Assembly: GCA_008632985.1 (NCBI GenBank)
Contig: QPGO01000297.1
Location: 49,776 to 69,775, forward strand
DNA: 20,000 nucleotides
Direction of reading: 5' to 3'
DNA from: Psammoneis japonica
Lineage: Eukaryota
The translations under genes were made by a program, and so were the position numbers. Below are positions 1 through 11,056 of this stretch, piece after piece. Every line of letters begins with the position of its first letter. The stretch's first letter is position 1. The notes below the pieces were generated by a model. That model searched no databases and was not told the DNA's origin. It saw only the letters and a list, made by a program, of their open reading frames with translations.

Positions 1-122
1 GCGTTTCATCTCTGCGATTTTGATTTCTCCGTTGCTGAACACAGCGACCATACGCGTCGATACCTGCATCCTCAATGATCAACACCGTAAGCAAAGAAAA
101 TCCCATCAAATGAATAGGCGCA

Positions 123-2520
123 ATGTTTGAATTACTTCCAGGGTACAATGTCACGCCCATGACAGACTTAGCTATGACGCTCCCAATGTTTTCTCACGGA
201 TCTCCGCATGCACCGGACTGGAACGACGACGGAAATCTTGATTTGTGGCATCATAATCACTACTCATTCAGCGGGGATGAACAACGATGGTCAGATCCAA
301 GTACGGATAGAAAGGGTCCAGATAGTACACCTGGCGGATGCATGGTGGATTGGGACGCTGTACTGCGAGACCCTGAGAGTGGGACGTACTATGCGCAGCC
401 CCATGGTTTCATTGCGTGGAGTGATAGTGTGAGGGACTGGTGTGTGAGTCCATTTCCGTCATTTCGGTGACTACGTCGAAACTGATTATATATTGTATGT
501 GTTCATATCTCACACAATTTCTTTGACATTATTCAGTTCGATGCGCATTCGAGTGCCTTTCTTGACATTGATAACGACGGGGTGAAAGACCTATTTGTGA
601 CTACGGGAGGCGGTAAAGGCTACGGAAACTCTTTTCGATACAACAATTTGCTCTTCTGGGGAGAGAAAACAAATTCAAAGGTTGGACTGCGATTGAGGGG
701 TGGCAGAAGAGCGGCAAAGAAGGCGGGATTAGACGGCCGAAATCACAGAGGGAACGAGAGAGGTCGTCACCAATACTGGATGGATGCCAATGGCGATGGA
801 TTTTTGGATGTTGTTACACTCACAGAAGAGAATAAGGCGAACTCGATAGTGCCGGGAAAGCTCTATCAAAGCCTAAACGGAAGAAAGTTTGAGGAGGTTG
901 ATGTTCTTGGTGGAAAAGATTTCGCAGAATTCGCCGAAATGGCAATGTACGTTTCGCATTTCGTGAAGTTTGAGTCGTGTGTAACTCGTTACTTTGCCCA
1001 TTTGCTGTACTACACGCGGTTTGTTTCCAAGTCTTCTTACGCTTTTCTCTTCCTTTTTCACAAAAAGACTCACAGACATTGATGGCGATGGCTACGCTCG
1101 TGAGTAGCCCTTTTGTTCTGCAGCTGCATCTTGGAAAGCCTTCTGCAAGGTTGATCCATAGGCATCCGTCACAAACAAGACTCGCTCAACCTTTCCATTG
1201 CCCCTTTTTCGTTCTTTTCGTTTCGTTCAGGCGAGTTCCTCGTGCCTTCACACTGCAATCCGCGTCACAATAAGCACGCCTCTCATCGCCCAAACTACGT
1301 TTGTAAAAGGGCTCCTCGCGGAAGCATAAGTGTGTACAAAATGCACCCTAAAAAATCCTTAACAAGAATGGCAACTATTCCACCTCTCAGACCTTATGAC
1401 TACATCAGGTCGATCGCCACGGGGGATTGGGATAAAGATGGAATTGCTGATATTGCGATCCTGTGGTTTAAGGAAGTTCATTTTCATCTATCAACAACAA
1501 GGCTTAAAAGATGTCGACGCTCAGAGAAAGACAGAGATCGCAGAAAATGCGCTTTCATTTTGGGCACACCGAATGACATTGTCAATCTCAGCACCGTGTG
1601 TGGTAATGAAGGGGCAGCGGGCATCCGTTTCGCTGACTTCAATCTAGACGGAAAGGAGGACATGCTTGTGTACGTTAACATACGTGAAGCTTTTCCATTT
1701 CTTCTTTTCTTTTCATTTGTGCTCACCCAATCGATCAATTCATTCTCGCAGTATCTGCAAGAAGCCTGGTCTTCACCGCGTATACGAGCAGATCTCAAAG
1801 CGCAGCTGGAAAGTGCTGAAGGATGACACTGGAGAGAAAGCTGATTTTGGTGATCTAAACAATCCAAAGTTGACCACGGGTGGACCAAAGTTCTGCGACG
1901 GCGTTCCGATCTCAGTTAACAACACAGCAGAGCGTTGTAAGCCACCATTTTATGGCTCGGAAGAATGTAAAGACGTGCGATACCACCACCAGTTCGTGAT
2001 CTGCAACATGAGAGCCAAGGATAACAGAAGATCCGTTGCCAGAGCTTTCAGTCCAACAGTTGCTGACATTGATAACGATGGATATGCTGACATTATCCTT
2101 GGGTACAAATTTGGGAGTACAGTGATAGTGCGAAACACGTTGGGAGAGGTGGAACCAAATAGATTCTTTTTGGTCCGGTTGGACAGAACGGCTGGAGCAG
2201 CGGCGTCCATTGGGGCCGTAGTAACAGTACACTGCTACCGGATGGGCCCATACAGCAATGAGACGAAGACACAAATGCGTGTCCTCTCCTCCCTCAGCCA
2301 TGGAACCGATGCCGAAGGCGGTGCCGAGGATAGATTGATCTTTGGACTCGGAAAGCATGGAAGGGTTTTTAAACTCACAGTGCATTGGCCACACTGTTGC
2401 GAACCAACAGAGATTTTTCACCACAACAACACAAAGCTCCTTACTTGGAATACTTCAAGCATGATGGAGCCCTTTGAGGTATATCTACCTGAGAATTGTG
2501 ATGGTAGTTGCTGGTTATAA
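123..2520 (+). CDS. FG-GAP/VCBS repeat protein with C-terminal ASPIC/UnbV domain (CRTAC1-like). Exons 123-443, 537-946, 1068-1099, 1231-1669, 1752-2520; the true 5' end may lie further upstream
   Basis: Repeated Ca-binding FG-GAP motifs: DWNDDGNLDL, DIDNDGVKDL, DANGDGFLDV, DIDGDGY, DWDKDGIADI, DFNLDGKEDM, DIDNDGYADI. C-terminal 'SIGAVVTV...TQMRVL...RLIFGLG...LTVHWP' fits ASPIC/UnbV. GT-AG introns at 444-536, 947-1067, 1100-1230 and 1670-1751 join the ORF pieces in frame. Confidence 0.88.
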
Positions 2521-3224
2521 CGAATTCAGTCACTTGAAGAGGGCAAATATGCAAGAACGACCGCTTCAGTCACCGTCGTTTCGAGGGGCATAAGCAGGAG
2601 CTCTACACACAGTGCTGCGGGTCCGCTCTTTCTGTAAAAAATGCGCAAGGAGTGCAGTGAAATACTTTCGCAAGATAACGGAAATGCCGCATTCAACCCC
2701 AGCTGTCATTTCCCGTGTGAGAGAGGTCACAGGTTTGCATTGTGCATTACCTTTCGTCGTCTCGTTGGCAGGACGAATCCGCTCGCGTTGAATACTCAAC
2801 ATAAAATGTAAATTAAAAAAGTGGAAAATAATGAGTGTAGGTGTTCTGAGATTTGTCGACAGCAAGAAATTCTTGATGCTGTATTGCTGCGCATTGCCGT
2901 GTGCAAGAAGAATAATTACATCCACTGGCACAAGCCTGTCTCCTCCCAACCTCTGGAATGTTGTCCGGTGCAGTTGCGGCTGGTGGAACGGGCGATCGCT
3001 GTTGGTGCCCAATGGAAGAAATGTTTGATGTTGACATTCCCGCAGCATGCACATGTTTCCGATGCAGCAGCATAGAATCTATGTTTGCATGTAAACAATC
3101 TAATGAGCCAATGCAAGTGTCGCTACATAGACTGTCTCCACCTATCGTCGAATCGACACTTGTCATTGGTCGTATCTACCGTCATTTTCGGACCCCATGC
3201 ACCAGCGAAAGCTACGGTTAGAAT

Positions 3225-3435
3225 TGCGGGTCGTGACATAAAATCCCCTTGCATCATTCTTCATGCCGACAGACATATAATCACAAACAAATGCTGATCC
3301 ACTGAAACTCTCACCATTCAGAAGGGTCATAGAAAACTGCGGGTCGCCCCGTGCATCATTCTTCGCGCAGCAGACATACAATCACAAACAAACAATAATG
3401 ATCGACTGAAACTCTCACCATTCAGAAGGGTCATA
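3225..3435. repeat. Imperfect ~105-bp tandem duplication covering the last codons and 3' flank of the minus-strand gene ending at 3415
   Basis: TGCGGGTCG...TGCATCATTCTTC...CAGACATAyAATCACAAACAAA...ACTGAAACTCTCACCATTCAGAAGGGTCATAG occurs twice (~3225-3331 and ~3337-3435). Confidence 0.9.
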
Positions 3436-4397
3436 GTCGTCTTCGAAGACTGGCATCCACTCGAGCGGGAAAATGTCGGGGAGGCGAGGAATCATGGAAT
3501 CGCGTGCCTTGTGCATAAAGTTAATGCGGTTCGCCAACTGTTCTCCAAGCACCTGATCGGCCACCAAATCACGCTTGTTGAGCATTCCCTTGATGACATC
3601 CTCCAGATGATTGAATTGTGATTTGTACCAACGTTCGCTTTTTATTTGCTGATCGCATCGAAAACTTCGTATCAAAACTGCGCTCACCCGCTTCATGGGG
3701 AGCATCGTTGAGCGTTTTTTAACATCATGTCGAGAAAATAATCAGAGCACAGGGAGCAACCCCAAACGTAAGATAAACATTCTCTGCCATTGAAGGCAGA
3801 ATCAAACAAGAAAAAGTTTTGTGTGTTTTGCGCCAAGTCGAACTCGGCCAAGCGGAGCTCGATGAGGCCCGTGAAGAGACAGTGGGCCTTTGGATTGTAC
3901 TCGTCAAGACTTTTCATGCCACAGAAATCTTCGGTCCAACTCCAGGGGGCGCAGAGCGATTCCTTGACAGAGAGGTCTTCTCCATAAAATGACAGGAGGT
4001 TGGAAACACACCCTGCATGGAATGGATGCAATCGTCTCGCCTTTTCAAAGTTGGAAAGCGAATTGAAAGAATCTTGACAGCGCGGATCCTTCTCCTTGAG
4101 AGCTTTGTCATCTTGCCACATTCGGGAACCACACCGCTTTCCACATTCGCTGCACAGCTTCCCGCAATGTGTGCAAATGTTGAAGGCATTGAGCTTGCCA
4201 ATGTGCTTGACAAGTTGTTCAAAGCATGGTGCATTGTTCAACACCGTCAAAATGGCCTCGTTCCAACCTTTTGAAATGATGCGGCACTCATCATTCAACT
4301 CATGCCATGGAAAGCATCCACCTCCAATGACAAGCTCAAACACAGTGCTTGAGGAGTCTACGCAAAGGCTCTTGGCAGAAGCCGGTGGGTTCGACAT
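3415..4397 (-). pseudogene. F-box-like hypothetical protein gene with a 1-nt frameshift at an A6 run (3715-3720) and apparent Tyr-to-Cys/His erosion of its 5' half
   Basis: ORFs 3693..4463 (ATG at 4397, MSNPP) and 3415..3705 fuse if one A is added (MMLKKRSTMLPMKRV). N-terminal 'VFELVIGGGCFPWHELNDECRIISKGWNEAI' resembles an F-box. There is no Tyr in the first ~135 aa, but Tyr is present further 3'. Confidence 0.55.
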
Positions 4398-4509
4398 GGT
4401 GATGACAGGAAAAACATCTGCTTCGAATCTCTCCACACTGTGAACACGACACGCAGCACACACCGTGGGTATTTTTTTTTAGCGCAGCAACAAATGATTT
4501 AGCCTTGCA

Positions 4510-6714
4510 TGGCCCGGAGTGCTTCAGCATTGTTCACAGTTGCACCAAAACATGCAAAAATCTGCTGAACAGATCAGAAGCCTGTTCTCTGCAGCTCTTC
4601 TTTAAGTTTTCCTTTTTTGGGTTGAGATTGTGACATTCTCCCCGCTGTTTCCTTGTTGTGTCTTCTCTCTGCTGCCTTCTCTTCTGTGTGTGTGTGGCAC
4701 CAAGGGCTGGAATTTGTGTCTTTGAAAGCTTTTGGTTGGGCAGATCCAAGGAGAAACAACGGGTGCTGCTCAAATTCCCCGAGCAGCATGCTTTTGTTCT
4801 CGATCTTCGAGTCGTGCATTTTTGGGTTGCTTCCTTCCGCAAAACTGTTGGGTCATGGTTTGGCTTGCCACGATCTGTCCTCACAAGCATCTTTGTTGCA
4901 ACTGTTGGATGTCCACGGAACTTTGGGCAGAGTGCCTCCGCAATGATGTCAAACTTGGTTTCACATGTGATGGCATGTTTGCACTGCAGTGGGCAGAGAG
5001 ACAAAGATGAGCTCTGCAAAAATGTGGCTGGACTTTCAAACATTGCAACAGAAAACAATGCTGTTGCCAATGGCATGCATTGGCACAAGACTGAGTGCAG
5101 CTGCAAGCCTGCTGGAGATCCCAGTCAGTTTCGCTGTCTGCCAACAACAACAAATGTTGAAGGTCTAGAAGAAAATGGGCAGAGGTTTGGTGTGACGAGA
5201 GCAGAAATTCTGGCAGAGTTTTTGGAAACAGCCCCCCACATTCAGAGTGCAGAAAAGGCTCAGCGAGCCAAGAAGAGACAATGCATTGAAAGTGAAAATG
5301 ATGGGAACAATGTTTCTTTGGAAGAGTTGGAGACTGCAAGGCAACAAAATGCCCCCTGCACTTCAACTGCTGGGATTCAATGCAAGCAGCACACAATGCA
5401 TCTTCACGCTGATGTTGGTTTGCCCCGCAGATGTGGATGTCAAGTTGGTTGTGCAAAACAGGGCCAATGTTCTTTCTGCCATTGTCAATCATCTTCAAGG
5501 GTTCAAATCTGTTTTGCCCAACCAGGGTGACAAGAAACTTGCCATTGAGTTTGAAAAAGTGGCCACTCATCACTGTGCACTCTGCATCATGGTGTCCATT
5601 CAGTGGCAGCCCTTGGCAATCTCAAGGGTGAAAGAAGGGAGATTGAAAATGACATGAACCAGGCTCAGTGCTGTCAACACATGATTCTAGACCAAAAAAA
5701 AAGATGGTGTCACATGACACAAATTGGCAGGTGGTGCAGCAGAGACAGGTGGCTGCTCTCCTCAGCACTGGAGCCAACAAGATGAGTCAAAACTGATGCC
5801 CTTCTTTGTTTGGAATCATTGGGTGAAAAATGCTTTTGTTCAATGTGAAATCAAGAGCTGGGGGGCTTTCTGTTTGGTTGATGTGTGAAAGTGTTCACAA
5901 CAAAATCATGCTGATGCTGCTGTGTCACTGAATGCAAAGAAGATGTTGTGGCGGAAGATGATGATGACTTTGAGAAAGCAATGGAGTCATTGGGCAAATC
6001 TCAAGAACTCTCAGGTCACTTTTTCTGCATTGACGGCAGCCCATTGGATGTGTTTCTTGGGAGTCAAGTGCACACATGCATGGGCTGAAAGGCTTTTGTG
6101 TTGATGGTGGTCTGTTGCAAGAAGCCTGCCATGAAGTTACATCATGAGAAGCTTTCCAAAGAATGTCTTGAGTTTGAGAAGCGCTGCTGCAGGCAAACTC
6201 AAATGCCCTTTTGGAAGAGGCAGCTGATCTCATGAACTCAGTTGCTTGTTCCAGCCAACTCGCAGTCAGAAGTCAGAACTCTGTGTTCTCTCAAGATGGG
6301 AATGTGCTCATGAAGTTTTGCACAGATCATGACTGGGCCAGCTTTCATGATGAGATTCTTGCACAATCCAGCCATCCAAGCTGTCAGCTTCCTGCCTTTT
6401 TGCAATGAAAAGCCGGGGTCATTGCATGAGACCGCCATTGTTTGGAAGGACGAAGGTCTTGGAGTCATGCTCTTGCTTTTCACACATTGTGAGCTTGGCT
6501 TGCTCCAAGTGCTTGATGAAAAGTCGTCCAAGTGAGTCAACAACTGCGGGGAAAGAGCCAAGTGGTGCAGAGCAATGAAAAAAAAGCAGCAAAAGAGGCC
6601 CGAAGATCAGCCACCAAGAAAGATTTGGAAACAAACCCCACCTTCATGGTCAACTTCGAGTGCCACCAGGACAACAATTACAACCACGTGGTGACACAGC
6701 CACAATCACGGTAA
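4510..6714 (+). pseudogene. Decayed coding sequence of unknown identity (repeat/TE-derived or duplicated gene) inside a TpA/CpG-depleted island
   Basis: Protein-like frames (…RAEILAEFLETAPHIQSAEKAQRAKKRQ…; …EALLQANSNALLEEAADLMNS…KKAAKEARRSATKKDLE…) are broken by TGA stops at 6406, 6427, 6490, 6514 and 6517 that read well as CGA (Arg). The 290-aa ORF 4658..5530 has no Tyr. Confidence 0.55.
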
Positions 6715-7197
6715 TTCGTCCTCACGCTGCTTGCTCAACGAAAAACACTGCAGCACCGGAAAGTGAGAAAATGTGATGACTGATGACAGACGAGTGGATG
6801 ACTTTGGTCAAAAGATTCGAACTGCCCTACTTAAGGAATGATATCTTCGAAAACATTATTGTCACTTTTAATAGAAGACCAATGGTATGACCTTTCTGTT
6901 GAATGTACAATGATTTTTATTGCCCTCACAGTCTTTAATGACTTGTTCTGATGTTTGGATATTGCATTTACTTAATTGGAGACAACATTTTTGTCCTTTA
7001 TAAATGTTCGGATAAATGTTTGGATCACATAACAAAGCACAAACAGAATGACCGCCTCACCGTGTGACCGCGATTGTAGTGACCGCCAATCAAGTCTCGT
7101 TCACTTTCAAATTCATTCCTGTGTCTCACAAAAACGGAAAATTCCTCGCGACGATCAAAGCGCACAGAGAGCGAAAAAAAAGTGAGAAGAGAGAACC

Positions 7198-8527
7198 ATG
7201 CGTGTCCTAGCCCTGGCTTTCCTTTTGGCCGCTTGCGCCGTCGGTGTCCGTGGGTCAAGCACGGAGGACAGTAGCACCGAGGTAAGTGATCCTGTGTTGC
7301 TTTCTCTGTGCGTCGAATCCGTTCTTTCCTCTCGTCGCACGTTGCGTAAGGCATTCTGCGTTTCTCATATTTTTCTTTCTTACTCCTCTCTCTCAGTTGC
7401 TGCATGAAGACAAAAATTTAGGAGATCTTGTGCAAGAAGAAAAAGGAAACGATTTTTATATAGAAGATGAAGATAGTCAACGTTCCTTACGTAGGCGACC
7501 CATCATTGACGAAAGGTTGCCCCCAGACGTCCGCGCCACGAAACGCCGAGGCACTACTACCTATACTCTAAACATTCGCATCTGGTATTGGCTGAGGCAA
7601 AAAGACTTGTGCTTTGATCCTTTAGAATGGTGCACAAGCTACATCGCCGATGAGTTTGAGTCGGCGGATTTGGAAAACAAAGCTACGGTTTTGGCTTATG
7701 CAGCAGCTTGGGGTAACTGCTGGGCGACAGCTCGGGCCACTTCGAGAGTGAGCGCCCTTGTTGATGCCGAAGCCGTACTCTCCGTCAAGCAACGAGGACG
7801 GATTGGAGCTGTAAAGGAAGTCAATTTCAACTCTCGATTGGATAAGTGTCAGCTGTCGGTTGCATACAGCCGATCTGCCGCCGAAACCTCGCTAGACTCT
7901 GAAGGGCAAGCTCTTGCGATCACTGACCTGAATGAGGTTTGCACAAAAATGAGCCCGATACACCCGCACTACTTCGCGCTCTGCGCTGACGGTGTTGGAG
8001 ACGCAGAAGCATTTGGCTATGCTAATGCGGACTCTACCGCTTCCGGTTTCTCCCGAGCGTTGGCAGAGTCACACACGTCACAGACAGTAAGCGTCAAATC
8101 CGAGGGCAGAAGCATCGAAAGCTTCCATGCCGTCGTAATTGGTGGGGCATCCAGCTTTACTCAGGCCGGCACTAGAACTATTGCTAATGCATACGCCAAT
8201 GTTGCCACCATTGCGGTTGCTGAATCTTGGATCAGTCATTGTTTGGAGTGGTATGGTTGGTACTGCGCTAGGAATAAAAATTCCTTTTGCTATGAGGACT
8301 GGGGCTACACTTGCATTGAGGCGTGGTCTATTGCGGAAACCGGAGCCAACGCTTTTGCCGATGCATTTTCAAAAGCTGTGGCGAGATCCACGGCCGACCT
8401 TGAAGTTACAGTTGCAGTGAGAGCGTTGTTTGCTCGTGATCGGGCGACTGGCAAAGTTTCCATGGGCTTGGAGGCAGACACCGAGTTTTCTGCAGGTGCA
8501 GTCGCTACCTGTAGGGCCAAGACATAA
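7198..8527 (+). CDS. Secreted Ala/Ser-rich, Cys-containing hypothetical protein (~404 aa); exons 7198-7281 and 7397-8527
   Basis: Signal peptide MRVLALAFLLAACAVGVRG. A GTAAGT...CTCTCTCAG intron (7282-7396) joins it in frame to the long ORF. An acidic pro-region is followed by an RSLRRR motif. Confidence 0.85.
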
Positions 8528-9575
8528 AGAAGTAATTTGGGATGTGTAAGCAAATGAGTGGCAAGGGTGATGAGCTCATCTTATTGCTGACTGTTGGGAA
8601 GTGCTTGTTTATTAGGGATCGGGCAACACAAGAATAGAATGCAAGGCGACAGGAAAGGGCGACTTTGGAGCGGCCGTTTATGTTCTGATGTTGTGGTGGC
8701 TACTCGTACGATTACAAAGCAGACACTAACTATTGATAGCATTTGGATACAATTTCGTGTCAGCAACTTTCAAAGTTTAGTGCGGAAACGGATCGAAACC
8801 AACGCGTCTTCCATAAAGGGTGGTTGAGAAAAAGCTTGCACCGCAACTAAAATGCTTGACTTGTCTTCACACCACGTTTGCTGTTGGAAGCTTTTGGTAA
8901 AAAGGACAAAAAAGGAAGCAACAAAAGTCGCTTCCAAGCCATTCGCGTTCCCAACAGATCCTCTAGGTACGAAACTATTACTCCGCGCCGAGGGCCGGGG
9001 TTGGCAATCAGCATACCCAACCTCATCGACAACGACCAATAACCTCCAAATCAAGACAGATGATATGGGCCATTCGATGAGATTCTTCCTTTTCAACATT
9101 GCGACGTGATTGGTTTCCTTTTTGTGGCTGTGTTCGACGTGCAATGCAAGTGTGATACAAAACGTGGTTCAAAGAGTTCGTCGCATTCGACTACATATCT
9201 GACCCCGAGGACAAGTTGCTCAAGCACCTCCCGCAACAGCTGACCTTCTGGTCTACTTGCGCATCTACGTGATGATATTCGAAAGGACGAAGAATGGCCA
9301 TGACTGCGAAGCGTGGAGGTTTTGCAACTGCAACTCTTGCGAGTTATAAGCGTATTTTTTAACGATATGCAACTTACCTTGCGCCTATTCTACAATACAT
9401 ATAGCGTAAAGAACCTTCCATTAAAAGCTATCAATCAGCGAAATTCCTGACGGGGTCTAATTCCCCTAAAGTACCTAAAGGAAGTTATATCACTTTCAGC
9501 AGAAAGACTGCACGTGCATGCAAAGCTACCATACTCTACCGGTACCTCACCACTCGCCAGCGATTCCAATTCCAA

Positions 9576-10838
9576 TCAATAGTCTTCATAGTCTCCGTCA
9601 TCATCTTCACCTTTCTCCCTATGAAAATGCTCATCTTGAAAGCGGAACTGCTCGTATCGTCTGCTTAGATCGTCCAGTATCACCGGCCCAAGATTACCCG
9701 TGTTGAAAAGCTTCAAAAAGTTGGTGCAACGTTTCAACGTCAGTTGATCTTCTGGGAGTCTCTCGGCGTATTTGTTGGCAAATCTGACCAACACGTCGTG
9801 TACATTCTCCGTGGGCGCCTCAAGACCAATCTTTTTAACATAGCAAAAGTTCTTGTCGCGATTGAGACAAAAGAGCAAGTACTCACAAAAGGCGGTTTGT
9901 AGTGCCGGATCCGCCTTCATATTTTTGGACATTGGCAAGAGATTGGCGACACCATAACCGTACCAAGCCCCTGGACGCTCTCGAAAAAAAAATTGGGGAG
10001 GTGTCACTCCAGGTACATCGAGAAAGAATGCTCGAGGCTTTTCGCGAATCATGTATTCCGTGAGAACTCGTGTTTTGCCGGGTGTATCCTCAATCGCCGG
10101 ACCACCCGACTTTTTGAGATTTTTCTTCTTCTCCCCCACCTTTACCTTGACTTGCTTCTTGATAAGTCCTCTTGCTTTAGCATTACGGAGCAAACATTGC
10201 AACAAGCTGCTCTTGCCCGTGTTGGCAACACCAACAGTCAGTGCCGTGTTGATCCCACCCTTTGTTTCCACGTGATGCAGGAGACCATCATAGACTACAT
10301 CAAAAGCTTCCGCTTCGGATCGGTTTTGTCTCGTGTCTACAAAAATACTTCTCGAGTCTGGCCAGTTTTTATCGGTCCATCGCTCGACGCGATCTCTCGT
10401 CTTGGCATCAATCATGTCAGCGTGAGTGTAGCAGATCAAATGAAGACGGTGTTTGGCGAGACGAGTAAAAGACGGATGATGGGAGGATCCTGGTAAACGA
10501 ACATCCCGAATCTCCAGCAGGACGTTGGCCTGATAGGACTTTTTGTGGATGGACTCTAGAGCTTCAAATTCATACTTGGGCGAAGAATGCAAGTATTGTT
10601 CAAACGCGGCTCCATTCCATTGCGTAGACCAGTTTCTAGTCATGGATTCCCATTTCTTTTGTTCTTTGGCCTCAACAGTCGAACGTGACAGGGCTCGTCC
10701 TATATGATACTTGTCTTCACATTCGATCCGGGTACTAAACAGCCGAGAATATGCCGAGCGTTTCTTGAGACACCACGCGACAGGAGCTACCCGCCGCCAC
10801 GCACCTCCATTCATGATGCCGCTTGATCTGAAGATCAT
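9576..10838 (-). CDS. Circularly permuted ribosome-biogenesis GTPase, YlqF/RbgA/MTG1 family, probably mitochondrial
   Basis: Motif order DVRLP, G4-like THAD, G1 GVANTGKS, G2 PGKT, G3 DVPG is characteristic of circularly permuted GTPases. C-terminal 'FNTGNLGPVILDD' and a basic N-terminal presequence also fit. Confidence 0.9.
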   Translation of the reverse strand: MIFRSSGIMNGGAWRRVAPVAWCLKKRSAYSRLFSTRIECEDKYHIGRALSRSTVEAKEQKKWESMTRNWSTQWNGAAFEQYLHSSPKYEFEALESIHKKSYQANVLLEIRDVRLPGSSHHPSFTRLAKHRLHLICYTHADMIDAKTRDRVERWTDKNWPDSRSIFVDTRQNRSEAEAFDVVYDGLLHHVETKGGINTALTVGVANTGKSSLLQCLLRNAKARGLIKKQVKVKVGEKKKNLKKSGGPAIEDTPGKTRVLTEYMIREKPRAFFLDVPGVTPPQFFFRERPGAWYGYGVANLLPMSKNMKADPALQTAFCEYLLFCLNRDKNFCYVKKIGLEAPTENVHDVLVRFANKYAERLPEDQLTLKRCTNFLKLFNTGNLGPVILDDLSRRYEQFRFQDEHFHREKGEDDDGDYEDY

Positions 10839-10899
10839 CGCATATCATATGGTCCAATTGGTTCTATTGTGTCGTACGGTATGAGCTAAATGATGAAAG

Positions 10900-10923
10900 A
10901 TGAATGAATGAATGAATGAATGA
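10900..10923. repeat. (ATGA)n microsatellite, about 6 units
   Basis: atgaatgaatgaatgaatgaatga. Confidence 0.9.
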
Positions 10924-11056
10924 CAACAATAGAACGATACCTGTCACCTGTCACTTGTCACCTAACACATTTTGGAAAATTTGATTTCTGCAAAATTCCA
11001 AAAATTGGGGGATCTTTCATGCAATCATGACGTCAGCAGGACCTCACATTTTTAAA

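Noticed and set aside
2566..3166. Minus-strand ORFs of 162 and 117 aa
   Set aside because: No recognisable domain or convincing gene structure; may be a degraded fragment.
3715..3720. Programmed ribosomal frameshifting at the homopolymer breaks (also 13803-13807)
   Set aside because: No stimulatory structure is evident. A homopolymer sequencing error or pseudogenisation is simpler.
4534..5785. Many overlapping long ORFs on both strands (also at 14244-16346)
   Set aside because: An artefact of TpA loss, which removes TAA/TAG stops. The translations lack Tyr, are Cys/His/Gln-rich and are not credible genes.
6406..6519. In-frame TGA codons as selenocysteine or an alternative genetic code
   Set aside because: Better explained by CGA>TGA deamination. 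Host genes in the window use TGA as a stop, e.g. the GTPase.
8581..9350. Short ORFs and protein-like fragments between the secreted-protein gene and the GTPase
   Set aside because: Interrupted by stops and without motifs; I cannot support a gene call.
10969..11003. Short inverted repeat TTTTGGAA…TTCCAAAA near the insertion
   Set aside because: Only 8 bp in AT-rich sequence, with no partner at the other end of the insert; probably chance.
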